Source: Xylographa opegraphella (Eukaryota). Taken from it: a stretch of DNA of 64,000 nucleotides. Position numbers and translations under genes: made by a program. The stretch is from NCBI GenBank assembly GCA_022813865.1, contig JALDZX010000007.1:248001-312000 (forward strand), given 5' to 3'. Numbering within the stretch: the first letter of the stretch is position 1; each line of letters starts with the position of its first letter. The notes beneath the pieces were generated by a model, which worked only from the letters and a program-made list of their open reading frames with translations, was not told where the DNA came from and did not search any database. Shown here piece after piece: positions 1-13,318 of this stretch.

Positions 1-1236
1 CGTGCCCAAACTGATCAACGACCCCTATCTCCGCGTACACGGCCTCGCCCCCGCTCTCAACTACGGGCAGCAAGCCTTCGAAGGACTGAAAGCGCACCGC
101 TCGCCCGCCGACGAGATCCTCCTCTTCCGCCCCGGCAAGCACGCCTCCCGCATGCGGCACTCCGTCTCTGTAGTCAGCATCCCCGACATCCCGGAGGCGC
201 ACTTCCTCCTCTGCGTCCGCCTGGCCGTCTCCCTTAACGCCGCCTTCGTGCCGCCCCACCGCTCCGGCGGCGCTCTGTACGTCCGCCCCGTCGTCTTCGG
301 CTCCAGCGGCCACTTGGGCCTCAACCCACCCACCGAGTACACCTTCTGCGTCTACGTCCACCCCTTCTCCAGCTACCACGGCGCCGCGCCCATTGACGCC
401 CTCGTCCTCGAGGACTTCGACCGCGCCGCCCCGCGCGGCACCGGCAACGCCAAGCTGGGCGGCAACTACGCCCCCGTCATGCGCTGGGCGGCCCGGGCGC
501 GCGCCGACGGCTTCCCCATCACCCTGCACCTCGACAGCCAGACGCGCGCGCAGATCGACGAGTTCTCGACCTCCGGCTTCCTCGGCGTGATGAAGGCGGA
601 CGACGGGGCCGTCACGTTGGTGCTTCCCGATAGCGATAATGTGATCAAGAGTATCACGTCCGACAGCTGCGTCGCGATCGCCAAGTCGCTCGGGTGGAAG
701 GTGGAGATGCGCGCGGTATGTCCTCTCCTTCAACCCCCCCTTGCTAAGCTACACGCTATCTCTACTATATACCGACACCGTCTGATCCGCTAAAGATCCC
801 CTACACCTCCCTCCCCCTCTTCGCCGAAGTTTTCGCCGCCGGCACCGCCGCCGCCCTCGTGCCCATCCGCTCCATCACCTGCCGCTCCCACGACCAGACG
901 TTCACCTACCCCGCCACCGGCGCCACGGGCGGGCCGTGCTTCCAGCAGCTGTACGACTGCTTGAAGGGCGTCCAGGCCGGTCGGCTGCCTGATACCTACG
1001 GCTGGTGCGACACCGTGAAGGCGCCGAGCGCGTATGTATCTGATATCAAGACCGTGCTGGGCGGGAGGGAAGTGGAGGGCGCGGTGAAAGCGGAGAAAGC
1101 GAAAGGGGCGGCGAAGGAGAAGGAGAGGGGTTTCGGCAAGCAAAGCTACGTGCTGGGCGTGCTTTCGCTGCTGGTCGTGGGGCTGCCGTGGGCGAAGGCG
1201 TGGCTGGGCGGGATGGGTAGTTTTGGCACCGTGTAG
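1..1236 (+). CDS. Branched-chain amino acid aminotransferase-like protein (PLP class IV, TOXF-like), 5' end outside window; exons <1-715, 796-1236
   Basis: Motifs PALNYGQQAFEGLKA, LYVRP, AKLGGNY (PLP Lys) and SITSDS. After intron 716-795 (GTATGT..TAAAG) the frame continues EVFAAGTAA and stops at TAG 1234-1236. Confidence 0.9.
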
Positions 1237-2067
1237 TGCTAGATGTGTGAGCGGGCTTTGGGAGGGATGGTCGTTTGCTGTTTGGGTCGAAAGGATGGTG
1301 ATTGAGTTGGAAGTGGCAGAAAGAAATAGGGTGATTACTCTAGCGTAGAAAGCTGTCGCTCTCTCTCTCCCTCTACCAGGACCTTTTTTCGTAATTCGAG
1401 GCTCTGAAAGATTGATGCAGGGTGAGAATGTACTGATTTGTGAGAATGAAAGCCCCTCACCGCAGGTGACTGGATGGGTCCTCTACCAAATTATCTATGA
1501 TAACGTAACATTACGTGAAGCAGGAAGCAGGAATCAAACACCCCACGGCCACTCCGTAGCCGAAACCCCCAAACCAAAATCACTCAACAATACATCCCCC
1601 CTCCTACAATCCAAAACCCCAAGTACGCCCCACCCTTTTTGTCGCAATTCCAAGTCAACCGCACACATTGTATGCTCTAGTGTCTTCTGCGCACATGATG
1701 GGGCGAGAACGAGTCGCTGCGGGGTCTTAGAGAATGGCGAGGAAGAGGTCGGAGGAAACGACAGTATTTGTAACTTAATTTTCGGGGGGGGGCTGTGAGA
1801 AGGGCAGGGTGTATATTGATGGTTAGCAGCGTACGCTGTATCATAAGTGTCGTGGAGAAACGGATGGTCGGATATCGCGATGCCGGGGTAGCGTCAATAG
1901 TGTGCGCCACGTCTTGCGAGCGGTGCTGTTGATGACCACCCTGCAAATGATACCTTCGATATCAGTCCAATGTTTTCTTAATCTTTCTACAATACACCAA
2001 TCACTCCCCGACCCCCCAACCCCCACCCCCTTTCTACAAAACTAACACTCTAAACACCCCCAAAAAC

Positions 2068-3939
2068 TCACGCCTCCACTTCCCGAAACTGCACCACCGG
2101 GCCCTCCTTCTTGCACGTAACATGATCGAACAGCTGAAACTCTCCCACCCGCTCCCTTCCCACCCCCTTCCCCTGGCCCCCTTCCCCCATCCTCCGCTCC
2201 TCGCTCGTCACGGCCGCGACATCGAAGCGCTTCAGCACACTCGCCATCGTGAGCATGAGCTCGACCTTCGCGAGGCCTTTGCCGATACAGCTCCTCGGCC
2301 CAATACTGAACGGGGTGTACGCGCTCTGCGCCAGCAGCACGCTCTGGGCCTTGGGCGCGCCGTCTTCGGTAGCGAGCCAGCGCTCCGGCTGGAATGCAAA
2401 TGGCTCCGAGAAGTAACGCGCGTTATGGTGGATGCTGTAAATGCAGGTGCCGACGTCGACGCCGGCGGGGAGGGGGTGGCCGTCGACGACGGCACGATCG
2501 GTGCAGACTTCGCGCCAGAGGGAGCTAGCGGCCGGTGGGGAGAGGCGCAGAGACTCGTCGATACAGGCGGCGAGATAGGTGCACGAGTTGAGCGTGGGGC
2601 CCATGTGTATTGAAGAGGTGGAGGGAAAGGCGGTGCGGACTTCGGCGACCGCGCGGGCATACGCGGCTGGGTTGCGAGTGAGGTAGAAGAAGAGGGAGGC
2701 GATAGCGGTGGAGCTGGTGTCGGAGCCGGCGACAATCAGCGTGGTGCTTTCGGCGCCGATCTCGGCCATGGTGAGGCTCTGTTCCGTTTCGGGGTCCTTG
2801 GCGCTGAGCAGGAAGGAGAAAACGTCGCGGCGCTTGAGGGGGGCGGCGCTCATGCGCGCTTTTAGCAGTCGGCTGACGAAGCTGATGAAGCGGTTGCGGG
2901 CCAGGATTGCTTGGGGCAATAGGTGGCGATCTAGACGGCGGGTGGATAGCTCGGCTGCCTGGACCAGGACACTAGTGCGGACGTTGGATCCTTCGATACA
3001 CTCCGGGACGAAGCGGTTCTCTGGTTTCTCGAGCAGCTCGAAAGCTTCGCCGAAGACCACGTCCGACATGATGTCGAAGGTGAGGTAATTAGCTGGATAT
3101 TGTGTTTTAGTGTCAACTCGATGCATTATCATGAGAATCATCACTCACCCCACCGTGCCATATTCTGCCCGGTTGTCCATCCAGATTTACGCGATGAATT
3201 ATCTGCACTCCATGCAGAAGGTCTCACTTGACTTGCGAGGATGTGACAGAGTTTGTCGACATGGTTCATGATCGTTGGCTCAAAGCCCCGTAAAGAAGCA
3301 TCGGAGAAACCTTGGCTTATGATTCGGCGCTTTCGTCCATGAGCCTTCTTGTCAACGAGTGTCAAGGTGTTGGGGGCTCGGTGGACCATGGCGTTATACA
3401 CGTTCGACTTCTGGAAGTCTTTGCTGAAAGCATAGATAGCTGCGGACAGGCATGATTAGATTTGCTGCGCGATCCGGGAGCCGGGGGTTTGATAAAGCTT
3501 ACTCTTCAGTCCGGTATTCGTGTTCACCAATAGACGATTTGGTGCATAGCGGACATAGTCACCTGATAGAGATTAGCATGTTTTGAGATTGATAAAAAGC
3601 CTGATCAAAGACATACATACCGTATTGTTCATGACACCTCCACATGTCTATGTGAAGGTCCCCTTTCCACGCATGATAACCTCCGTAGCAATTGGTGAGC
3701 TTAGCAGCCAATGGACCAGGGAAGCGTGCTAAGGGGTGGAACCATAGTCGATATACACAAAGTCCAGAGACCTAGATACAGTCAGACAGGGCGATGGTGG
3801 AATTGGAAGGAGAGAAGACGATAGGCAAAGCAGAAGAGCGTAGATTAACAGGATCAATAGAGTAGGAGAACCTCACGTAAATTGTCCCGACCAGCACTGC
3901 AGCTAGCAGGGTATAGAATATGTAGAGACCTAGCGACAT
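2068..3939 (-). CDS. Cytochrome P450 monooxygenase, ~529 aa; exons 3939-3877, 3771-3621, 3562-3503, 3439-3149, 3092-2068
   Basis: N-terminal TM anchor, [14 protein letters not shown] proline hinge, I-helix AGSDTS, ExxR (ESLR), PERW and heme motif [10 protein letters not shown]. Four GT-AG introns keep the frame. Confidence 0.93.
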
Positions 3940-5607
3940 ACTGAAGTCGAGTATGGTATGCATGTCCTGGAGCGAGATATGTACAATGAACAATTCGCGG
4001 ATGGTGGAGGAGATGCGTGTAGTCATTCAGATCCGAATGATGAATCAGATATAGATGATAGCAAGAGCGAGTCACTAGATAGAAGACGTGGATTGAAGAA
4101 GAACTCGAGGTAGACACTGAAACCCGTCTGGAAACTATTCTCAGAGGGAGAGCAAATTTATGGACCTGATCATTTACTGTCTTCACACCTCTTCCCCGAC
4201 GGGTGACCCTCACAGCACCTATCTCGGCGCTACCCATAAAACCAGGAGCGGAGACATGCAGGCGACATTAGGGGAAAAGACGAGGTTTCATCGTCGACGA
4301 GAATCTCAACAGCCGATGTTGCGGCTCTGGCTGTGAAATTAGTCATTAAGCCTTGAACCAAGCATGGTGTGGTCGGTCCAGGGATCAGCGTCCATGTCAT
4401 GCTCCTGCTTGAAGTGGTATATCGTAGTAGAGACGTGGGCCTCCCTACGGCAGTGACTGGGAGCCTACCGCCAGTAGCCGCCGTTCCTAAGAGGTAATGG
4501 TGGGTATCCTTGTGACACCAACTTGAAATTATCACTCGAGGAACAAATGGCTGAGTGCCGAATGTATACCCTAAGCCTCAAGGAATGAACAGAAATTACA
4601 TGAATTAATTGATCAAGCAGCTGATGTACATCCGAGACGAAACACCCAATAAGATTTGGGACCTGTATCCATGACCCTGGATGATATGTAAGCGAGATAA
4701 CCCATCCGGAAAAACATACCAATACATGGAAGTTTCGTTGGACAACGTTTATAGCCGACCATCCCTTGATCTGCTAGGTTTAGCTCAGGAGTTGAGTCTT
4801 GTGTTACAACATACGAAAGATCTTGTATGGGGCAGAACAGTAGATTGCTGTGGAGAGACGAAAGACTTTCAATAGACAATCAATTCGAACAAGCTAGAAA
4901 ATGGGTCGGCTGAATGATTTCCAGCAAGGATGCATGAGTCTATGGTGTGACTTACAGTAGATTGATGCTAACAACATGTTAGCAAGTGCCTAGATCTCCA
5001 TCCATGCAGGCGATTGATTCGTTCCTGATGCAGGACCGGTATGAAACAAGCTCCCCACGCCATAGCGATGTCACGCACAGGGTACGGGGGCCAAATGCAG
5101 TTCGCATCACACCTCAATAGAGTTCCAATGGCATTCTTCGGCGGTGAAAAATGCATTAGTGACATGTCAGGCCATTTCGTGGAGAGCAAGGACGCTTAGT
5201 GACGCAAATATTGATGTCAAAAGTATGCTCCCAAGTGCTACTGGACGCTGACTGTATTCTACCCACATCCAGAATCTGCCCGCACTAGACTGCTTAACCT
5301 TTCTTGGATGCGGTGAATCAAGGACATATATTCAAAAGAAATAGCGGAGGGATGGAGAGATGGATGGGAATCTGCAGTTCCCCCGCCTGTCATTGGAGCT
5401 CGCGAAAGGCTTCGAACTATTCGTCAACATTCTTCTCGAATGAACCACTCCCATCTGGGTATCCATGACGCAATAGTGAGCTGAGCGACTCGATTGGAGG
5501 CCACAGTGGCGGCCAGTACTCCGGACGGTTAGATGGTCGTCAAATTAGAATGCGCTTGGAGTTGGCGACAGGGTTGATTGCGCTAGAGTGCATGGAGCCT
5601 CATCGGA

Positions 5608-5724
5608 CCACGTCGGCTTGGCAAAGCCACACCCCGCGGCCCGTCCAAGCCTGTCAACCCTGCAAGTGACCCGCTGTTTAGCCCAAACCGCTAATATATT
5701 TAGCACTCGCTAAGGGACTTTAGC
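5608..5724. promoter_or_regulatory. Candidate cis-regulatory module in the divergent P450/FAS-alpha promoter (CCACGT plus a cluster of TTAGC/GCTAA)
   Basis: CCACGT at 5608 and CTGTTTAGC at 5674. Five TTAGC/GCTAA motifs in alternating orientation at 5678, 5690, 5700, 5709 and 5720. The same two motifs recur upstream of FAS beta. Confidence 0.3.
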
Positions 5725-6499
5725 TTCCGATGATACATAGCGCGCTTACGGGCGGTCCGGCTTTCGTGCCGTTTTCGGCCCTCGTGTTTGTACCAACGCT
5801 GAAGGATTCCCATCTGGGCCCTGACACTGATTTTTTACATTTCTCCATGTCGGAGCTGTCCCGACGGTAGCCTTAGTCTATCGGGTCGGCGGTGTCCCCA
5901 GGGGCTCCGTCAAGGTTCGATCGCGGCGATGGTCTCGTTCGTGTCAGGATCGCCCGCAAGACGGGCCATTTTTCAAGCTCTCCGCCTTGAAGGAAGTCTA
6001 GGCATGCTACCTCATGGGTCTCAATGGTTACATGTAGGCACATTAGGACCGCCGTGTGGAAAACGTGCTCCGTCCCTGCTAGTCATTCGACTGCAGCGAT
6101 CTCGTCCAGGCTGACGATACTTTCCGGAGAAACATGACTGCAGCATCATCGAGCACTAAATACAGCCCGAGAGGCCTGGCGAGGGGCCATTCCTATTGTA
6201 ATGCCTAAGTTACATGGCGAGCGGCGCACTCAGAAGACCTGGTGGTATGCCGGTAGGAATAGGTGGAGGATGCTCCCTGACGCCCAAGCACGCTTTCCCT
6301 CGGTATACAACGAGCAACCTACTTTGCGAAATATGGGGGCCGGTCCTCATTGCGTTTGTAACACGCCACCTCCGATGGAGAACGGTGTCTCCGGAGCCGT
6401 TAAAGGTGTCCGATATACCCACTTCAGTCCCCACGTTTCTGCTGGGAACTGCACATCCATCTCGTCTAATCGGTAGAGGAATCGACCTGTGGGGAAGCG

Positions 6500-9400
6500 A
6501 TGGATCCTCAAGTTGAGCAAGAACTTGCAAGAGTGCTCTTGACCGAGCTTCTGGCGTGAGCGCCTCCGATCGATATCGAGAATGAAGAAGTTTGCAAACT
6601 GACAACGTGTGGAACTCGGCAGATATCAACTTGCTTCTCCGGTGAAGTGGATCGATACACAAGATGTGCTTCTTGCACGAAAGAACATCGAACGTCTCAT
6701 TGAAATTGGCCCATCCGAGACGCTGATTTCCATGGCCAAAAAAACGTTGGCAGCCCAGCACAAGAAACATGATGCACTTCTATCATCGAAGCGTAAGCTC
6801 CTGTACTATAAGAAAGATCAGCGCGAAATTCGATATGAGGTGGATCCCGAGCCGCAGCCAGCCATTCCAGTGGCTCCCACGCCCGCTAAAGTCCCCACGG
6901 CGCCACCAATTCCCGTATCCGCTCCTGAAGCACAAAAGAAAGATTGGTCAGCAAGTGAGGCTGGGCCCGAGCATGGAGCAAAGCATCAGGGAGCAGTGCT
7001 TATCTCCGGTACCACTATGGGAAACCACTCAACCACAGTGCTTGCAGCCTATATGCCAGACGCACCTGTAACAGCAAAGGAGATTGTTGTAACAATAATC
7101 GCGCAGAAGCTCCAAAAGCAGTACAACGGTCTCGCGACGGATAAATCGATCAAACAGCTTGTTGGAGGTTCGTTACCCTCATGATCCGCGTTATCAGTAC
7201 TGCACTGTCGTTACAGTCGATCGAAAACCAGCTAACACTTTCTGCTCGTCTTCACAGGCAGATCAACTCTCGAGAATGAGATAGTGGGAGATCTTGGGGC
7301 TGAATTTGGAACGCTCCCTGACAAGCCCGAAGACATGGACATAGATGCATTGTGTGCAGAGCTCCAATCATCTCCATCTTTCACAGGCCAGTTGAGGAAA
7401 ACCTCGACAGCTTTGACCACAAGATTATTCTCTCTAAAAATGCCAGGCGGCTTCAATGCAGCACAGGCACGTACTTACATGAGCGAAAGATGGGGGTTCG
7501 GCCCCGGCAGGCAAGACTCTGTCATGTTTCGAGCTAGCACCGCACAGCCCGCCGCACGTCTGGGCAGTGAAGGAGAAGCAAGGGCATTTTTTGACCTTGT
7601 GGTGAAGCAGTACGCCCTTGATAACGCACTTACACTGTCCTCCTCCAATCCGTCAGCCGGGGGTATGGCTCAGCCTGTGGTACTGGACACCCGTGATCTA
7701 GCTCAAGTGACAAAGGAACAACAAGCTCGACGAAGAATGAAGGGCGAGTTCTCATACAAGTTGCACGGCGTTGACCCGAACGCTGCCGATAGGGCAGCAT
7801 TAAAGTCCCAGAAGATTATTGATGCCCTTCAGACACGACTTGACGCGCTGCAGGCTGAGCTGGGGGATGTATATGCAAGCGGGGTTTTACCTATGTGGGC
7901 GGCTCCGAAGGTTCGTCGCTATGACTCCAGCTGGAATTGGGCAGTTCAAGATACCTTCGAAACATTCTATGAGATCATAGCTGGAACCTGCGAGCCGACT
8001 GACACTGACGTACTGGATCGTGGAGTCCTGATCGCCAACCGCTCCGATCAAAGATTATTATTGGTAATGCGACATCTGCTAGAGAAATCCTGGGATACAG
8101 ATATTGTTCGGATTGAACTGGCGAAAAGTTTCTTGAAGTATGTGCTCGATCTTTGCAAACCGGGGGTTTCGAAGCCGTTTGTAGCCTACAAAGTAGAGTC
8201 CGGTATGGCTCCTTCAATATCCATTGACCCGAATGGCCAGATTCAGTACATTGAGGTTCCAAGACCGGCCACAGAGTCGGCGCCTACCATCCACCTGAAG
8301 ACCAGTGACGGTTGTGGCTGGACGCGCGCCGACAACCTAACCAGCAAATATTTTTCCTTATTGGACGAAGTGAAAGAGTCGGGACTCTCATTCAAAAACA
8401 AGAATGTTCTTCTTACTGGTGCAGGGCCAAAATCCATTGGTGCCGAAATCCTGCGAGGATTGCTCAATGGCGGCGCTCGTGTACTCGTCACCACTAGCAG
8501 CTATACATCAAAGACAGTCAGATTGTACCAAGAAATGTATATGAAATATGGCAGCGAAGGATCTGAATTGATTGTCGCGCCCTTCAACCAGGGAAGTCAG
8601 CAAGATCTTGAAGCCCTGGTACTGTACATCTATGACCCTGTCAATGGTCTTGGCTGGGATCTCGATCATGTCATTCCATTCGCAGCTGTATCAGAAAATG
8701 GACGGGAGATTGACAACATAGACTCAAAATCAGAACTATCACACCGCATTATGCTCACAAACGTCCTGAGACTGCTAGGCGCAATCAAGAAGCAAAAAGA
8801 ATCACGAGGATTTGATACTAGGCCGACACAAATAATACTACCATTATCGCCCAATCATGGTGTCTTTGGTAACGATGGCCTTTACGCTGAATCCAAAATC
8901 GCACTCGAGACTCTCTTCAACAAATGGCATTCCGAGAGCTGGTCGGAGTATTTATCCGTCTGTGGAGTGGCCATCGGATGGACTCGCGGAACTGGTCTTA
9001 TGGCTGGAAATAATATCCTTGCGGCGGATATCGAAAGAGAAGGCCTCCGCACTTTCTCCCAGCCGGAGATGGCCTTCTATACGCTTCTCCTCATGGGCCG
9101 AACAATCGCCAAGCAGAATGAACTTCAGCCAATATACGCAGACTTCACAGGTGGCATGAGTACAGTACCAGATCTCAAAGCCGTCATGACTGGTATCCAG
9201 CATCGGATCTCTGAGACTACCGCCATATCTAAAGCACTTGCTCTTGAGGAGGGATTCGACATTCTAGCGGCATTCGGCGAGACTGTGTCGAGGCCAGATG
9301 TGGATCCTGTACCCAAAAATGCGAACATTCAATTTGATTTTCCCAGAATGCCATCTTACAAGACCGAAATCTGTCCTTTAGCTACAGATCTGCAGGACAT

Positions 9401-11603
9401 GGTTGACCTAGAGCGAGTTGTGGTCGTTACTGGATTCTCGGAAGTGGGACCGTTTGGAAATGCTCGAACCCGATGGGAGATGGAGGCCAATGGCACTTTC
9501 TCTCTGGAGGGGTGCGTCGAAATGGCCTGGATAATGAGCCTCATCAAGAGCCATGACGGCCCTCTCGACGGTGAGCACTACGTTGGCTGGGTTGACGCAA
9601 AAACCAAGAAAGCCATTCGTGATTGTGACATCAAGTCAAAGTATGAGAGTCAAATCATCGAACATACAGGAATCCGGCTCATCGAGCCAGACTTGGATGA
9701 AGGCTATGATCCACAACGGCAACAATTTCTTCAAGAGATTGTTCTCGAAGAGGACCTACCGCCTTTCCAAGTGCCTCGGGATTTGGCGACCGACTTTCAA
9801 CTGGAGCACAAGGACCTGGTAGACATCTTTGAAGTTGAAGGAGGTGGAGATTATTCGATACGATTGAAGAAGGGTGCGACCTTGTTGGTGCCTAAAGCCT
9901 TGAGAAATGATCGCAATGTGGGCGGCCAAATTCCCACTGGATGGAATGCTCGCACATACGGCATATCGGACGACATCATAGCTCAAGTGGATCGTATAAC
10001 GCTGTTTGCGTTGGTCAGTACCGCGGAGGCCCTCATCGCCTCTGGATTGACAGATCCGTACGAGATGTACAAGTATCTTCACGTGTCAGAGATCGGGAAC
10101 TGCGTTGGCTCTGGAGTCGGCGGCCAGATGTCCAACAAAAGAATGTTCAAGACTCGCTACGTTGACAAACCAGTCCAGAACGACGTGTTACAGGAGACCT
10201 TTATAAACACCACGGCAGCATGGATTAATATGCTTCTACTCTCTTCCTCAGGTCCCATTCGGACTCCGGTTGGTGCTTGCGCTACCTCGCTTGAGTCTTT
10301 GGAAACCGGATTCGAGACTATCATGAGTGGGAAAGCGAAGATGTGTCTAGTGGGTGGCTTCGACGACATGACAGAAAGAGTTGCTTCCGAATTTGCGAAC
10401 ATGAAGGCCACAGCCAATAACGATGAAGAATACGCCAAGGGCCGTGATCCAAAGGATATGTCTCGACCAACCACTACTACACGAAGTGGTTTCATCGAAT
10501 CGCAAGGAGGTGGAGTTCAGGTAATCACTTCTGCCCGTCTTGCCATTGACATGGGTCTTCCTATCCATGGTATTGTAGCATGGGTTGGAACATCTAGCGA
10601 TAAGATTGGACGGTCTGTTCCTGCTCCAGGTAAAGGAATTCTTGTAAATGCTCGCGAAACACCGACTAAGTATCCTTCACCTTTGCTCGACCTCAAGTAC
10701 AGGAAGAGGAGGCTGGAGCTTCGCAAGCGGCAAATCCAAGAGAGCTTAGAGACAGAGTTGGATCTTTCGCGCGAAGAGCTTGGCTGGTTGCAAGATGATG
10801 ATGGATCTGCAGATGCAATAGAACACGTCAAACATCGCATGCTCTACCTACGACAAGAGGCACGTCGCCAGGAGAAAGACGCCATGAACACTTTTGGAAA
10901 CGACTTTTGGCGTGAGATGCCAGACATCTCTCCGATCCGTGGTGCTCTCGCTGTCTGGGGCTTGACTATCGATGACTTAGACGTGGCTTCTTTCCACGGC
11001 ACTTCTACCAAAAAGAATGACACAAACGAGACTGAGGTCGTCCAGAAACAGTTGTCTCACTTAGGTAGAAATGTTGGAAATCCTGTCCTCGGAATCTTCC
11101 AGAAATATCTGACAGGACATGCCAAGGGTGGAGCAGGTGCATGGATGCTCAATGGCTGTCTACAGGTCCTCGATACCGGTATCGTTCCTGGCAACCGCAA
11201 TGCCGACAATATTGATGCAAAGTTGAGAAAGAGTGATCTTATCGTTTATCCAAGCCGCACACTTCAGACTCCCGGTGTGAAGGCCTTCTCAGTCACATCC
11301 TTTGGGTTTGGCCAGAAAGGTGCACAAGCGATCGGGGTACATCCGAAACACCTTTTCGCAACCTTGGGGCCGGCGGAATATCAAGAATATTCGCAGAAGG
11401 TTCGATCGAGACACCGGAAAGCTTTCCGTTTCTTTCACAATGCTTTAGCCACAAACGCCATTTTCGTTGCTAAGGATACTGCACCGTACAGTGACGGTCA
11501 GGAAAGTGCTGTTCTGCTCAATCCACAAGCACGTGTTTTCAGGGTCAATTCATTGGAGGAATACAGCTATGATGATGATGAGTTAGTGAAAGGAATACTA
11601 TGA
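6500..11603 (+). CDS. Fungal type I fatty acid synthase alpha subunit (ACP-KR-KS, no PPT), ~1648 aa; exons 6500-6555, 6623-7167, 7258-11603
   Basis: N-terminus [33 protein letters not shown] is the FAS2-type start. ACP motif GGRSTLENE, KR LLTGAGPKSIG and YAESK, KS PVGACATS, SFHGTST, GHAKG and TSFGFGQKG. Confidence 0.95.
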
Positions 11604-12392
11604 GATATATCCGGTCGGTCACAAGCTTTGGCGCGTTGGAGCTTCGAGGATGGGGTTTGGAATCGTGGTCCTGAACAGGATATCTTCTGGGCGACTGAAC
11701 GATATTTTCTTTGCATTAAAAAGAGCATTTAGGAATAAGAGACATCTCAATCTTCCAATGGTGTACGGTTCTGCAAAAGGGTAACACTACAGTTTCATAC
11801 TCTGTAATTAGCATGAAGACATACGCTTCTACATGGACCGGAGTGAGGTGCAAAGCTGGCGTTATCGATGTTGAACTCTTTAAATCTGTTTCACGGTAAA
11901 TTTTCTGCAGTCAATGCTGCCTACTATCAGTTGATAGGCAACCGTGATCACTAGAACTTAGTAGCCAACGAGTGATGTTACTGTTAAGAGAATGGTCAAA
12001 CAACTCATATCAACAGACCGAAGACGTGCCTCAGATTTCATCGCTTATTAGGCTTTAAGGTTTATCCTAATCAAGTCTACGGCGGCTCGGGCGGTTTCAA
12101 AGATTTTAGAGCGTAAGTCATGCCGACGCAAAGCGAGAAACGAGGGATCAATAGGTGAGCGAGGCTCAACTGTGGGGACCGTACACGTATGCTCATGTCA
12201 AAGCAGGAGTAGCACGATGTAACATACTAGAGCTGACGTGGGCTATAAACCAGGTAATCTATAAATAATTATTGGAGGAACATGAGCATACGACGACTCT
12301 GATATTTGTAGCTGGGATTGTACTCTGCACTGATTAACCGACTACAAGAATAGCCAGCGAAACAAAATAGTATTCCTTGCGTATGAATGCCT

Positions 12393-13318
12393 TCAGTATA
12401 CGCCTAATGCAGGTTGATTGTCGGGTTCAAAGTCCTCGTGCAGAGTGTCAAGCTCGTTCATGAGCTCCGCTACTCCCTTTCCCCGTACGCGCTCCCGTTC
12501 TGCTACCTCCCACGACCATGTATCAGCCTCCGCTGGCTCCACCATATCTGGAACATGCACGAGTGGTACTGCGCCAGAGGTCTCTATCTTGATGTCCGCC
12601 GGCTTCTCCGGTAGAAGTCCAGCCTCTTGAAGAACGAGCGCTGGTGGAATTGTCATTCGGCCTTGCTTGAAGACGTACTTCGCAACCGATGCTGCACACA
12701 CGATCGGCTTACTGATCGTCTTACTGCCTTTCTTCCAGGGCTGAAGAGTGTATGCTTTTGGCTTGGTACCCTTTTTCACAACGTAGCTCACAAGGTACAG
12801 CCACTTCCGATCCCATGAGAGCACTCGTGTATATATATCCACAGCTTCGTAGGGCTTGATTTCACGACGGAAGTTACAAGCCACACCTCCTAGAATGACC
12901 CCAAAAGAGCCATGTCCTTGACTCTTGAACTTCCTGCCAGCTTCAGTAATTCCCAGCCTCATTAGGCAGGCAATTAAGTGTGCTCGAGCTACATCGAGGT
13001 CACTAAAATATGTGCTGTTGGATTTGTGAAGGTTGTAATCGCATTCTAGAGCAGGCGAGCGGGTGGAAATGATGAGTGGCTGAAAGAGGAGTCCAGCTTT
13101 ATCTTTGGGTGTTCGTGTGACGAAGCCGTGTTGGAAAAAGCCAGAGAAGATACGAACCTAGATAACAATTAGCTCGCCGAGCCCACGTGGTTGAATCTAG
13201 AGACACGTACGTGCCATGCAAGGGGGAGACTTTTCAGATTGAGCAGTAGGAAGGCAATTGCGAGAAGCGCCCCTATTGCCCCGGTTCCGGAGAACAGTTC
13301 AATGGCCGAAGATATCAT
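12393..13318 (-). CDS. Hot-dog fold thioesterase-like protein (4HBT/THEM6-like) with hydrophobic N-terminus, ~290 aa; exons 13318-13211, 13157-12393
   Basis: LLLNLKSLPLAWH|VR across intron 13158-13210, then ECDYNLHKSNSTYFSDLDVAR, FRREIKPYE, TRVLSWDRKWLY and KYVFKQGRMTIPP, typical of fungal thioesterase-like proteins. Confidence 0.8.

Noticed and set aside
2122..3088. Antisense ORFs over the P450 (and similar ones over FAS, eEF3, EMW1 and the Hint gene)
   Set aside because: Shadow frames of real genes caused by codon bias.
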